Shown here: positions 1 to 9,026 of the stretch, piece after piece
Position numbering within the stretch: the stretch's first letter is position 1
Layout: each line of letters opens with the position of its first letter
Assembly (NCBI GenBank): GCA_030765535.1
Contig: JAVCCH010000130.1
Span: forward strand, 12,391 to 76,390
DNA length: 64,000 nt
Direction: 5' to 3'
DNA from: Candidatus Tenebribacter davisii
GTDB taxonomy: Bacteria > Cloacimonadota > Cloacimonadia > Cloacimonadales > TCS61
The notes under the pieces: generated by a model
What the model was told of the DNA's origin: nothing
Database searches by the model: none
Seen by the model: only the letters and a program-made list of their open reading frames with translations
Made by a program: the position numbers and the translations under genes

Positions 1-1
1 T

Positions 2-472
2 GAAGTAAGTGTCTTAACAACTGTTCTCCTAAAAAAAATAGGAGTCAGCAATATACATGCAAAAGTAGATAGCAAAGTTCATGCCAGGATCTTGGAACTT
101 CTGGGAGTTCATAATATTATTTTCCCGGAAGAACAAATCGGTAAGCAGCTTGCAAATTCTCTTATCTCAAGTAGTGTTATGGAGTATGTAGATCTTTCCA
201 GCGGCCATAGTGTTGTGGAACTGCTTGTACCTGATGAATGGGTTGGAAAAACTTTACAGCAGCTTGCTCTTCCAACTGAAAAAAGTGTTAATATAATTGC
301 AATTAAATATACAGTACAGAGCGTAACGGAAGAAGGAGAAAATGTCATTAGTAATGAAATTAACGATATGCCCGGTGCTAATGACGTGATCAATGATGAC
401 GACGTTCTAGTGCTTATCGGACCTAAAAGTAAAATTGATGAACTTATAGAAGAAACAAGTAAAAAAGGATAG
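2..472 (+). CDS. K+ uptake regulatory subunit (TrkA/KtrA family), 3' portion; 5' end lies outside the window
   Basis: The frame is open from base 2 (EVSVLTTVLLKKIGVSNIHAKVDSKVHARILELLGV...), so the TTG at 92 in the ORF track is not the true start. The C-terminal part (VVELLVPDEWVGKTLQQLALP...DDDVLVLIGPKSKIDEL) resembles a TrkA-C/RCK_C domain. Confidence 0.7.
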   Translation, partial: EVSVLTTVLLKKIGVSNIHAKVDSKVHARILELLGVHNIIFPEEQIGKQLANSLISSSVMEYVDLSSGHSVVELLVPDEWVGKTLQQLALPTEKSVNIIAIKYTVQSVTEEGENVISNEINDMPGANDVINDDDVLVLIGPKSKIDELIEETSKKG

Positions 473-476
473 AATT

Positions 477-1241
477 ATGAAATTATCATTTATAGGTAAA
501 ATCAGGCTTTTGATCATCTTAATTTTCATCGTTACAATTCTTCAAGCTGGTATAATTCTTCATTTGATCAATAATGCAAACAGTTATATGCAGATGAAAT
601 TAGATCTTCAGAATACAATATTTATTAGTTTGTTCATACAATTTATTTTAGCACTTACAATAATTTTCTATACTCCTGTATTTCTTCATAAAGCTTTTAC
701 AGAGATCCACAATATAATCAAGGATATAACTCAAGGTATTTACACCATAGATATTGATCCTGACAATAACAAAACTACTATCGGAAAAGAATTCCTTATT
801 GTGATATCACTTCTAAAAGATATGCTGAAATCAATTCTTAACTTCGATACTTTAAAAAAAGAGAAAATAGTGGAACATCATAATCGCATAGTCTCAATTT
901 TGAATCTTACTGATGACGGATTTGCAATTGTTGATATTAAGGGTAATTTCGTGTATATGAATGAAAAAGTTACTGAGACATTTCCAGCTTTACATGATAA
1001 ATCTAATATAATTGAAACTAATTTCCCGCCTGAAATAGAAAATAACATTAAAAAATATACATTAAATATTCTAAAATCACGGACAAAACAGGAACCACAA
1101 CAATTTTTTGTTCCTTCTCTGAAACGTCATGTAATACTAAATAGTGCTTTGATACGTGATGCAAGCGGACAGCCGACTGGTGCAATAATTGCTATAAAAA
1201 ATCTTGAAAAAAGGAAACAGACTAAAGAGGAAGAATTATAA
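477..1241 (+). CDS. Membrane-anchored HAMP/PAS-like sensor protein with no recognisable output domain
   Basis: Two N-terminal hydrophobic segments are followed by a HAMP-like linker and a PAS-like stretch (NRIVSILNLTDDGFAIVDIKGNFVYMNEKV). The protein ends after about 254 aa with no kinase, GGDEF or HTH domain. Confidence 0.45.
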   Translation: MKLSFIGKIRLLIILIFIVTILQAGIILHLINNANSYMQMKLDLQNTIFISLFIQFILALTIIFYTPVFLHKAFTEIHNIIKDITQGIYTIDIDPDNNKTTIGKEFLIVISLLKDMLKSILNFDTLKKEKIVEHHNRIVSILNLTDDGFAIVDIKGNFVYMNEKVTETFPALHDKSNIIETNFPPEIENNIKKYTLNILKSRTKQEPQQFFVPSLKRHVILNSALIRDASGQPTGAIIAIKNLEKRKQTKEEEL

Positions 1242-1251
1242 ATAAAATAAT

Positions 1252-2223
1252 ATGAAAATTGAATATAAAGAAAATGAAAAACAGAGAATTGATAAATATC
1301 TAGTGAGTCTTAATCTGGAAAAGTTATATTCACGTTCATTTATAGATAAACTTCTAAAAAATGAAGCAATTCTGGTAAATGGTAAGGTTGTTAAAAAAAA
1401 TCATAAACTAACAAGTTCGGATATTATCGAAATCACAATTCCACCAAAGGATGAAGTAGAAATAAAGCCACAGAATATCCCTTTTGATATTATTTGGGAA
1501 GATGATGATATAGTAATTGTCAATAAACCTGCTGGACTTGTTGTACATCCGGGTGCCGGAATATCCGATGGTACTCTGGTAAATGCACTGATGTATCATT
1601 TTAAGGAAGTACTTTCTACGCGGCATGATCCACTCAGACCCGGGATTGTTCATCGCCTGGATAAAGAAACTAGCGGACTTTTGATAGTTGCTAAGAATGA
1701 TAAGGTACATTCCCTTTTATCTCGCATGTTTCAGGATAGAATAATCAAAAAGACATATCTTGCTGTAACAGTTGGAATTCCACCCAAAACAGAAGATACA
1801 ATTAATACCATGATTGGAAGAAGTAAAAGAGATAGAATAAAGATGACAGTAACTGATGATGGGCGAGATGCTATTACACATTACAAAATTATTAAATACT
1901 ATGATTTTTTTTCAGTGTCTGAAATTATTTTGGAAACAGGAAGAACACATCAAATCAGGGTTCATTTCTCTCATATTAATTGCCCGATATTGGGAGATAA
2001 TACGTATTCGACTTTGAAAAGAACTCTCAGTATTGTTCCATTTCATTATCAGAAAAAAGTGAAGTACTTATTGGCAAATCACCTAAAGAGACAAGCTCTG
2101 CACGCTTACAAATTAGAATTTGAACATCCAATAACAAAAGAAATTATCAAGGTAGAAGCACCCATTCCGGAAGATATTCAATACACTTTGGACTGGCTTG
2201 ATAAATATTTTGTAACTGAATAA
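1252..2223 (+). CDS. rluD: rRNA pseudouridine synthase, RluA/RluD family (S4 domain + PseudoU synthase)
   Basis: Contains the catalytic motif HRLDKETSGLLIVAKN and GRTHQIRVH, with an N-terminal S4-like region. Confidence 0.9.
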   Translation: MKIEYKENEKQRIDKYLVSLNLEKLYSRSFIDKLLKNEAILVNGKVVKKNHKLTSSDIIEITIPPKDEVEIKPQNIPFDIIWEDDDIVIVNKPAGLVVHPGAGISDGTLVNALMYHFKEVLSTRHDPLRPGIVHRLDKETSGLLIVAKNDKVHSLLSRMFQDRIIKKTYLAVTVGIPPKTEDTINTMIGRSKRDRIKMTVTDDGRDAITHYKIIKYYDFFSVSEIILETGRTHQIRVHFSHINCPILGDNTYSTLKRTLSIVPFHYQKKVKYLLANHLKRQALHAYKLEFEHPITKEIIKVEAPIPEDIQYTLDWLDKYFVTE

Positions 2224-2308
2224 ATAATCATACTCATCTATAAGTTAAAAGAAATGGCAAATTTCAAAGTGTCATGTAAATAATTATTATATGATAAAAC
2301 CTTAAATA

Positions 2309-2314
2309 TTGACA
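2309..2314 (+). promoter_or_regulatory. TTGACA box (-35-like), 58 bp upstream of ATG 2367
   Basis: One of a set of TTGAC boxes at a near-constant 51-60 bp distance from start codons (see findings). No convincing -10 hexamer at canonical spacing. Confidence 0.3.
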
Positions 2315-2366
2315 AAAATAGTTGTAAATTTTGATTAAACTATAGAAAGTAATGTGAGGAGTGCTG

Positions 2367-2570
2367 ATGGAATGCAAAAATCAAAACAGAAATCAGGGGG
2401 ACTGCAATTGTACTTATCCCTGCAGTAATAAAGGTATCTGTTGTGATTGTATAAAATTTCACCGTTCCATGAATGAGCTTCCAGCCTATTATTTCCCCGT
2501 AGATGCTGAAAAAACCTATAATCGTTCAATAGAGTATTTTGTTGAACTGTACGATCAGGGAAGAATATGA
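2367..2570 (+). CDS. Small Cys-rich cytosolic protein (DUF6485-like)
   Basis: [33 protein letters not shown] has 7 Cys in about 25 residues. GAGGAG lies 5 nt upstream of ATG 2367, so I prefer this start to the GTG at 2361. The stop overlaps the next start (ATGA). Confidence 0.55.
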   Translation: MECKNQNRNQGDCNCTYPCSNKGICCDCIKFHRSMNELPAYYFPVDAEKTYNRSIEYFVELYDQGRI

Positions 2571-3148
2571 TGATAGTTATAAAACCACTTATTTTCATAG
2601 TTGTGAATATGCTGGTTGGATTTCTGTATATTTTTGCAATCAAGTGCTTCCTCTTCATTCCTTCAAAAGAGAAAAAATTATTTAACAGAAGAATCCCGTT
2701 AACACCAGCTTATGCCTACAGGAAAAAGATCTGGTTGATAAGAAAGATAAAGAAATATGTTAATGATTATATTCGTGATACAAAAGATGACTCTGATGGA
2801 TCGCGTATAACTGAATGGGAGCATAAGGTTTTTCATAATACCTGGGATAAAATCACATTTATGGAAGATCTCAAGTTTATCCCAAATTCTATAAAAATGA
2901 ACATTCGACATTTTCTTACAACAATAGTATATGAAATTTCAAAACAATTCTTGCGGACTTTTGTTCCTTATTTAATGGGAAAATATGAGGTTAATAAATA
3001 TATTGAATTGCTTGATAAAAAACTTGATGTTGAAATTTTAAAAGAATATTTTAATAAATATGTATACAAATATGTTTTATTGTTCGTATTAGCAATTCAT
3101 TTTCTCATTGGAATTGGCAATATGCTGATATATTTATGTGTAAAATAG
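2567..3148 (+). CDS. Membrane protein of unknown function with N- and C-terminal TM helices (weak DUF445-like resemblance)
   Basis: Hydrophobic N-terminus and C-terminus flank a charged, helical middle. The start overlaps the upstream stop (ATGA). Confidence 0.4.
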   Translation: MMIVIKPLIFIVVNMLVGFLYIFAIKCFLFIPSKEKKLFNRRIPLTPAYAYRKKIWLIRKIKKYVNDYIRDTKDDSDGSRITEWEHKVFHNTWDKITFMEDLKFIPNSIKMNIRHFLTTIVYEISKQFLRTFVPYLMGKYEVNKYIELLDKKLDVEILKEYFNKYVYKYVLLFVLAIHFLIGIGNMLIYLCVK

Positions 3149-3157
3149 GAATCTAAA

Positions 3158-4315
3158 GTGAATAGAAATTTTGTAGTATTAATATTAGTTTTAATTGTTA
3201 TAGCTTTACTCTTTTATCCGGTAATTTTCAAAAATAGAGAAACTGCAAGAAATTTAGACTCTAAAGGTTTATCTGTAGATACATTACAAGAAAGGCCAAA
3301 TGATAAAGAACTTAGAACAGATAAGATTAGATCATCCAGAAGAAATGCCATTACAAATGCAGCGGAGATCATTGAACCTGCAGTTGTTAGTGTTAACGTG
3401 ATCAAAACAAAAATGGTTAAACGCAGACGTGGTTTTTTCTTTGGTTTTTATGATGAAGTTCCCTATAATATTCAGGGAATTGGTTCAGGTGTAATTTTTT
3501 CTAAAGATGGATTTATTATTACCAATGCGCATGTTGTAGAAGGTGCTACGGAAATAAAAGTCATTCTAACTGATACCAGACAATTTGACGCAAAAGTGAT
3601 TGGAATAGATAAAAGCCATGACATTTCAGTTTTAAAAATTAACGGAAACAATCTTCCTTATGCCAAATTTGGGGATTCAGATGATCTGATAATTGGTGAA
3701 TGGGCAATTGCACTTGGTAATCCATATGGATTTTTAATTAAAGACAGTAAACCAAGTGTTTCGGTTGGTGTGATTTCTGCCTTAAACAGGGACTTTGCTG
3801 AAAATAATGATGGCAAGATATATCGTCATATGGTACAAACAGATGCAGCTATCAATTCGGGAAATAGCGGGGGGCCACTCGTAAATATTTATGGTGAAAT
3901 AATAGGAATTAATACATTCATTTTCTCAGAATCCGGTGGTAATATAGGTATTGGTTTTGCCATTCCAATTAATACAGTAAAAAAATCTGCACGCGAATTA
4001 ATTGAATATGGAAAAATACGACAGATATGGTTTGGCTTTAAAGTTCAAGAGCTGAATCAGCTCATTGCATCGCATTTAAAACTTAAAAGTCTTGACGGAG
4101 TTTTGGTAAATTATATTCAAAGAAAGAGTCCCGCTGCACTTACCGGACTAAAAGAAGGAGACATCGTTGTAGAGATAAATGGTAATACCATCAAAGACAC
4201 TCGAGATGCTGAACTGGCTGTCTCTGATATCTCAGTAGGAGATAAAATTAGAATTGGTATATTACGTGATGGTAAACCTCTGGAAATTGTATTAAACGCT
4301 GTAGAAAATAGATAA
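3158..4315 (+). CDS. htrA: HtrA/DegP/DegS-family serine protease with one PDZ domain, N-terminal membrane anchor
   Basis: Triad contexts are TNAHVV (His), DISVLKI (Asp) and GNSGGPLVN (Ser). The C-terminal region (GLKEGDIVVEINGNTI) is PDZ-like. GTG start. Confidence 0.85.
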   Translation: MNRNFVVLILVLIVIALLFYPVIFKNRETARNLDSKGLSVDTLQERPNDKELRTDKIRSSRRNAITNAAEIIEPAVVSVNVIKTKMVKRRRGFFFGFYDEVPYNIQGIGSGVIFSKDGFIITNAHVVEGATEIKVILTDTRQFDAKVIGIDKSHDISVLKINGNNLPYAKFGDSDDLIIGEWAIALGNPYGFLIKDSKPSVSVGVISALNRDFAENNDGKIYRHMVQTDAAINSGNSGGPLVNIYGEIIGINTFIFSESGGNIGIGFAIPINTVKKSARELIEYGKIRQIWFGFKVQELNQLIASHLKLKSLDGVLVNYIQRKSPAALTGLKEGDIVVEINGNTIKDTRDAELAVSDISVGDKIRIGILRDGKPLEIVLNAVENR

Positions 4316-4338
4316 TTAAATAAATTTTAGGAGTATGG

Positions 4339-5460
4339 ATGAAAAAATATATTAAAATTATATTTTTGTTGATAATGTTATTTGTAATTAGCTGTAATGT
4401 ATCTATGAATAAAAAAGGAAAAGCCAATTCTAAAAATGTTAAGATGAAAAATCATGAAGTAGAATTAGGTACAATTGTGATCAAACTTGAAGAGACTGGA
4501 GAAATTCAACCGATAAGAGAGATAGAACAAAAATCACAAGTTAGTGGTAAGCTGGTAAAATTCTTTGTTGAAGAAGGGGATTTTGTAAACAAAGGAGATA
4601 TTATTGCAGAGATTGAACCAGATTATAACCAGGCTGAAACTATTCTGCATATAAAAAACAATTTAGCACTAGCAGAGATAGAATTAGAAAATGCACAAGA
4701 TAAGTATGATAAAAAGAAAGAACTATATTCAGAAAATTATATCTCAGAAACAGAACTGGATAATTATAAGGATGCTTTTACAACAGCACAGATAAATTTC
4801 AATTCTGCGTTGCAACAATATGAACTTATTAAAGAAATAGAGACCGAAAATAACATATCCAAACTGTATTCAACAGCTTCGGGTACTATAATTTTGAAAC
4901 CAGTAGAAGAAGGAGAAATGATCGTTTCAAGTTCAGGATCTTATTCTGCCGGTACTGTAGTACTTACACTAGCCGACCTTAGCAGGATGATAGTTGATAC
5001 TAAGATCAATGAAGTTGATATTTCTAAAATTGATATTGGGATGGATGTAAATATTCAAGTTGATGCTTATCCTTATGTTGATTTTAAAGGTAATATTACC
5101 AAGATTGCTGCCATGGCAATTAGTTATAATAATGTTAAGGTATTTTCGGTTGAGATCGAGCTTGTAGAAGTTGATAAAAGATTAAAACCAGGTATGACTG
5201 CAAATATAACGATTATTGGTGAAGAGAGAAAAGATATTGTTGTTATTCCAATTCGTTGTTTATTCTCTGATGATGAAGGTGATGATATAGTATATATAGT
5301 TTCAAATGACTCTATTGGTAAAGGAGTAAATGTAAAAACAGGAATTAATAATTTCCAGCAAGTTGAAATAATTGAAGGAATTGCGGTTGGTGATACGATC
5401 TCTACAAAAGAGCCTGAATCATTAAATAACAGTGATGTAAAAATTCAATTTGGTAATTAA
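4339..5460 (+). CDS. Efflux-pump periplasmic adaptor (HlyD/MacA-type membrane fusion protein), lipoprotein
   Basis: Lipobox-like FVISC, a biotinyl/lipoyl-like segment (SGKLVKFFVEEGDFVNKGDIIAEIE), a coiled-coil hairpin and a beta-barrel segment. AGGAG ribosome-binding site. Confidence 0.75.
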   Translation: MKKYIKIIFLLIMLFVISCNVSMNKKGKANSKNVKMKNHEVELGTIVIKLEETGEIQPIREIEQKSQVSGKLVKFFVEEGDFVNKGDIIAEIEPDYNQAETILHIKNNLALAEIELENAQDKYDKKKELYSENYISETELDNYKDAFTTAQINFNSALQQYELIKEIETENNISKLYSTASGTIILKPVEEGEMIVSSSGSYSAGTVVLTLADLSRMIVDTKINEVDISKIDIGMDVNIQVDAYPYVDFKGNITKIAAMAISYNNVKVFSVEIELVEVDKRLKPGMTANITIIGEERKDIVVIPIRCLFSDDEGDDIVYIVSNDSIGKGVNVKTGINNFQQVEIIEGIAVGDTISTKEPESLNNSDVKIQFGN

Positions 5461-5529
5461 TCTAGAAAGAACTATTTTTCAAATTGTAATTTGCTGCATA
5501 TTGAAAAATTAGATATCAGGAGGAAATTT

Positions 5530-6750
5530 ATGCTGCGTTCTATTGCTATGTTAATAATTTCTTTTACAATTTTCTCTAATTTGCAGGCACAACATTTAAT
5601 AAAAGATGTTGAACTTGTAAAAACTAAAGATAATATAATTAATATCTACCAAAACGAAAATACAGGTGAAATTTTTCGGCATTACTCAAATAAGGTTAAT
5701 TTAGACCTGGGTTTGATTAGTGAATTATTAGATGAAAATACTCAGGAAGGCATTATTTGGGAAAATGGGAAAAAAATACCATTCGCCAAAGGTGAACATC
5801 TACTGGCAGCACGAAATGATATTATCTTAACTGCTAAACATATGTGGGATGTAGAAAAGGAAGAATCTATTTCAGAAGTTAGAAGATATACAATATTTCA
5901 AAGATCACTACTTGAGTCTGAAGGAGTCCTTCACATTGCCAAAAAACAAACAATAATTATGCTTGAAAACGGTAATTTCATCATTACTAATTTCACTGAT
6001 AACTATGGCACTGAATTTATGATCTATTCTTCCAATATGAAATTATTGGAAACATATAAACCTTATATGCTTGGCTTTAAAAATATCCAGTTTGCAGAAA
6101 ATAGAAATATAATAATGGCAGCAGTTTATCCCACAAAAACACATAGGGAAAATACGATAAAACTTTATTTTATAAATTCAAAAAGTGGGCGTATATTAAG
6201 AAAAAAAGAGATATACGATAATTTTTCTACTGAGAAGATGTTTGCGGTAAATGATCTGTTTATTCTTTATGGTGAAGGATGGATAAATACATTTACAAAA
6301 GATGGAAAATCTAAATGGGACAGAGAATTTAAAGAACCGGTATCTGTATTTGAGGGTGATCTGGGGACTTATCTTTATGTAGTTACTAATAAGAAAATTT
6401 ATTGTTTAAAAAAGAAGAATGGTCACATAAAATGGTCTAAGAAGATCTCGCAATATTATGAATTGAATTTGAGTGAGAAGATGGAATCGGTTGTTGATAT
6501 CACTGTTATACCACTAGGGATTTATAGTCTATTTCATGGTTCGGATATTGGTGTGATCATTGGACAAAAAAAAGGTACTCTTGGTAAGAGTAAATTAAGA
6601 CATCAGATCATTCTTTTCAGATTGGATAAGAAGGGTGAATTAATAGATCAGACACACCTTGCAAAGAAAAGTGAAACCGTAACACTTATCTCAGAAAACA
6701 ATGAATTCAAAGTCATTACTGATAATAGCGTAAAAACATATACAAAATAA
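5530..6750 (+). CDS. Secreted hypothetical protein (possible PQQ/BamB-like beta-propeller repeats)
   Basis: AGGAGG lies 7 nt upstream of ATG 5530, followed by a signal peptide (MLRSIAMLIISFTIFSNLQAQ). KIYCLKKKNGHIKWSKK resembles a PQQ-like blade. No firm family assignment. Confidence 0.4.
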   Translation: MLRSIAMLIISFTIFSNLQAQHLIKDVELVKTKDNIINIYQNENTGEIFRHYSNKVNLDLGLISELLDENTQEGIIWENGKKIPFAKGEHLLAARNDIILTAKHMWDVEKEESISEVRRYTIFQRSLLESEGVLHIAKKQTIIMLENGNFIITNFTDNYGTEFMIYSSNMKLLETYKPYMLGFKNIQFAENRNIIMAAVYPTKTHRENTIKLYFINSKSGRILRKKEIYDNFSTEKMFAVNDLFILYGEGWINTFTKDGKSKWDREFKEPVSVFEGDLGTYLYVVTNKKIYCLKKKNGHIKWSKKISQYYELNLSEKMESVVDITVIPLGIYSLFHGSDIGVIIGQKKGTLGKSKLRHQIILFRLDKKGELIDQTHLAKKSETVTLISENNEFKVITDNSVKTYTK

Positions 6751-6786
6751 ATCTAATACTAAAAAAATCAGGGAGTTACATTTTAA

Positions 6787-7263
6787 TTAAAGTAGTTTTT
6801 TTACTATCCCTGTTTTTATATCTACAATATTCATTTCAATTTCTGCTTCAGCAAGTAATTCCTGAGCCAGTTTATCTTCGTATGGTTCTGCTATATATAT
6901 AGTTCTTATCTCAGCATTAATAAGTATCTTTGAACAGATCACGCAAGGTTGGTTAGTACAGTAAAGAGATGCTCCTCTTATTGGAGTACCATTTATTGCA
7001 GCTTGGATAACAGCATTTTGTTCAGCATGAACTCCACGGCATAATTCGTGTCTCTCACCTGAAGGGACATTCAATTGATCTCTTAAACATCCGGTTATAG
7101 CACAATGCCTGATATGTTTAGGTGCTCCATTATACCCGGAAGAGATAATTTGATTATCTTTAACTATGATAGCTCCAACATTCCTGCGTAAACAAGTAGA
7201 CCTTGTACTTGCAAGATATGCCATCTCCATAAAATACTGATGCCAACTCGGTCTTTTTTTCAT
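6787..7263 (-). CDS. dCMP deaminase (cytidine/deoxycytidylate deaminase family, ComEB-like)
   Basis: Zinc-binding motifs HAEQNA and PCVICSKIL; about 158 aa. Confidence 0.85.
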   Translation of the reverse strand: MKKRPSWHQYFMEMAYLASTRSTCLRRNVGAIIVKDNQIISSGYNGAPKHIRHCAITGCLRDQLNVPSGERHELCRGVHAEQNAVIQAAINGTPIRGASLYCTNQPCVICSKILINAEIRTIYIAEPYEDKLAQELLAEAEIEMNIVDIKTGIVKKLL

Positions 7264-7266
7264 TAA

Positions 7267-7989
7267 TTACCTCAATTTATTATTATTTAACTTTTCATCA
7301 CGTACTAGTTCTGCCTGAGATTTTCGTAAATAATATGGTTCCAATTCGGATATGATATTAAAATCATAAATTGGTATTTCTTTCTTCAGAGCAATGCTTA
7401 TCAGGGTAGATGCTAAAGGGATATTTTGATGTATTGGGCAAAAAACATAGTCCATTTTACTTTTTTTTATCTCTTTATTGAATTTATCTGCTCCATCACC
7501 AACAATGATCACCGGCTTTTTTATTTTCTGAAATAGATTAACGAGTTTTGCATTTTTTTCTGGAATAAGTGCAATTAGGTCAGGTGAATACAAACCAGCA
7601 TAAACTTCTTCCATTCTTGCATCTATTAATGCAAGAATATTCCTATTCGTGGGAATAACATTATTAGCTAATAATTGAAGAGTATTTATGGGAAGTAAGG
7701 GAATTTCGTTTGCCATGCAGATTCCTTTGGCAGTTGCCAGGCCAATTCTAATTCCAGTAAAAGAACCTGGTCCATTTGCAATCACCACAAGATCTATATC
7801 AGAAATTTTAATTTTGGAATTCTTTAATCCAGCATCTATTTGAGGTAATAATCTTTCTGAATGAGTAACTTTAATATCAAGATAATTAATGTATGAAATA
7901 TGATCTTTTTTATAAATTGCTATACTACCGGAAGTTGATGTTGTACTCAATGCAAGTATATTCAAAATTGCTCCTATCACTTTTTTCAA
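7267..7989 (-). CDS. tsaB: tRNA threonylcarbamoyladenosine (t6A) biosynthesis protein TsaB
   Basis: Contains the GPGSFTGIRIGLATAKG motif. The size is typical of YeaZ/TsaB. TTG start. Confidence 0.85.
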   Translation of the reverse strand: MKKVIGAILNILALSTTSTSGSIAIYKKDHISYINYLDIKVTHSERLLPQIDAGLKNSKIKISDIDLVVIANGPGSFTGIRIGLATAKGICMANEIPLLPINTLQLLANNVIPTNRNILALIDARMEEVYAGLYSPDLIALIPEKNAKLVNLFQKIKKPVIIVGDGADKFNKEIKKSKMDYVFCPIHQNIPLASTLISIALKKEIPIYDFNIISELEPYYLRKSQAELVRDEKLNNNKLR

Positions 7990-8093
7990 ACTAACCTTTT
8001 ATAAAAAATATTAGAGTCAAGAAAAACAAATTAAAACTTTACGTGCAAACTTGATTTAACAAATTAGCATTAAATTGTAATGCTGGAGAATGG

Positions 8094-8981
8094 ATGAAAA
8101 AATCAAAACAGAGCAAGATAGAATTTTTCTTTTTTAAATTGTTTATAAACATATTTAGAATATTTCCATTTAAATTTACAAGGTCTTTTTTAGCAGGCTT
8201 TTTCGTTTTTGGTTCAAGCATTTTTGATGTTAGAAAGTCATTGGCTAAGAAGCAACTTAAAACAGTCTTTCCAGATAAAACAGATAAAGAAATTAATAAG
8301 ATTATTAAAAAAATGTATTATAATATGGGATTAACAACAGCTGAAACATATTTTGGTAATAGCAAAAAGCTCATTGAAACTTGTGATGTAAAAGGTTGGG
8401 AACACTTAAACGGAGCTGTTGATAATGGAAAAGGTGTGATCCTGGCAACCGGGCATTTTGGGAATTGGGAGCTAGCCGGTAGCTATATTGCCTCACATTT
8501 TGATATGGCTGTTGTAGGTAAAAGGCAAAGAAATAAGTATTTTGATAATTACACAAATGAATTAAGATTAAAAGATAATATTATTGTAATCCAGAAAAAA
8601 AATGCTTTCAGACCCATTTTAAAGCTGTTGAGAGAAGGCTATATCATAAGTTTACTAATGGATCAAAATGCAGGTAAAAATGGTGTTCTAACTGATTTTT
8701 TAGGACATGAAGCATCTACATTTGTTGGCGCAGCAAAAATTGCTATAAAAACGGGATGTCCTATTGTGCCGGCTTATGCTATCAGGAAAGATGATGGAAC
8801 ACATCTTTTTATCTGTGAAGAAATGATCTCTCCAGATGGTTATGAAAATAATTTAGATGATATTACAAAATTAACTGAGATCATCTCAAAAGGGATTGAA
8901 AAATATATTTATCAATATCCTCATTTATGGTTTTGGGTACATAAGCGCTGGAAGGGTTTTAAAAAAGCCAGGAAGATATAA
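8094..8981 (+). CDS. Lipid A biosynthesis late acyltransferase (LpxL/HtrB family)
   Basis: Contains the ATGHFGNWE motif (HX4D/E-type acyltransferase), an N-terminal membrane anchor and the C-terminal YPHLWFWVHKRWK typical of the family. Confidence 0.75.
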   Translation: MKKSKQSKIEFFFFKLFINIFRIFPFKFTRSFLAGFFVFGSSIFDVRKSLAKKQLKTVFPDKTDKEINKIIKKMYYNMGLTTAETYFGNSKKLIETCDVKGWEHLNGAVDNGKGVILATGHFGNWELAGSYIASHFDMAVVGKRQRNKYFDNYTNELRLKDNIIVIQKKNAFRPILKLLREGYIISLLMDQNAGKNGVLTDFLGHEASTFVGAAKIAIKTGCPIVPAYAIRKDDGTHLFICEEMISPDGYENNLDDITKLTEIISKGIEKYIYQYPHLWFWVHKRWKGFKKARKI

Positions 8982-9026
8982 AAACTTTACAATAATAGAT
9001 TATCGCAAACATTTGCCAATAGGGAG

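Noticed and set aside
2335-2658. A 107-aa minus-strand ORF covering the DUF6485-like gene.
   Set aside because: The plus-strand reading has a ribosome-binding site, a recognisable Cys-rich family pattern and ATGA coupling to the next gene. The minus-strand ORF has none of these.
9005-9018. Minus-strand TGGCAA-ATGT-TTGC, which resembles a sigma-54 promoter.
   Set aside because: The GG-to-GC spacing is 9 rather than 10 nt, and there is no minus-strand gene downstream of it.
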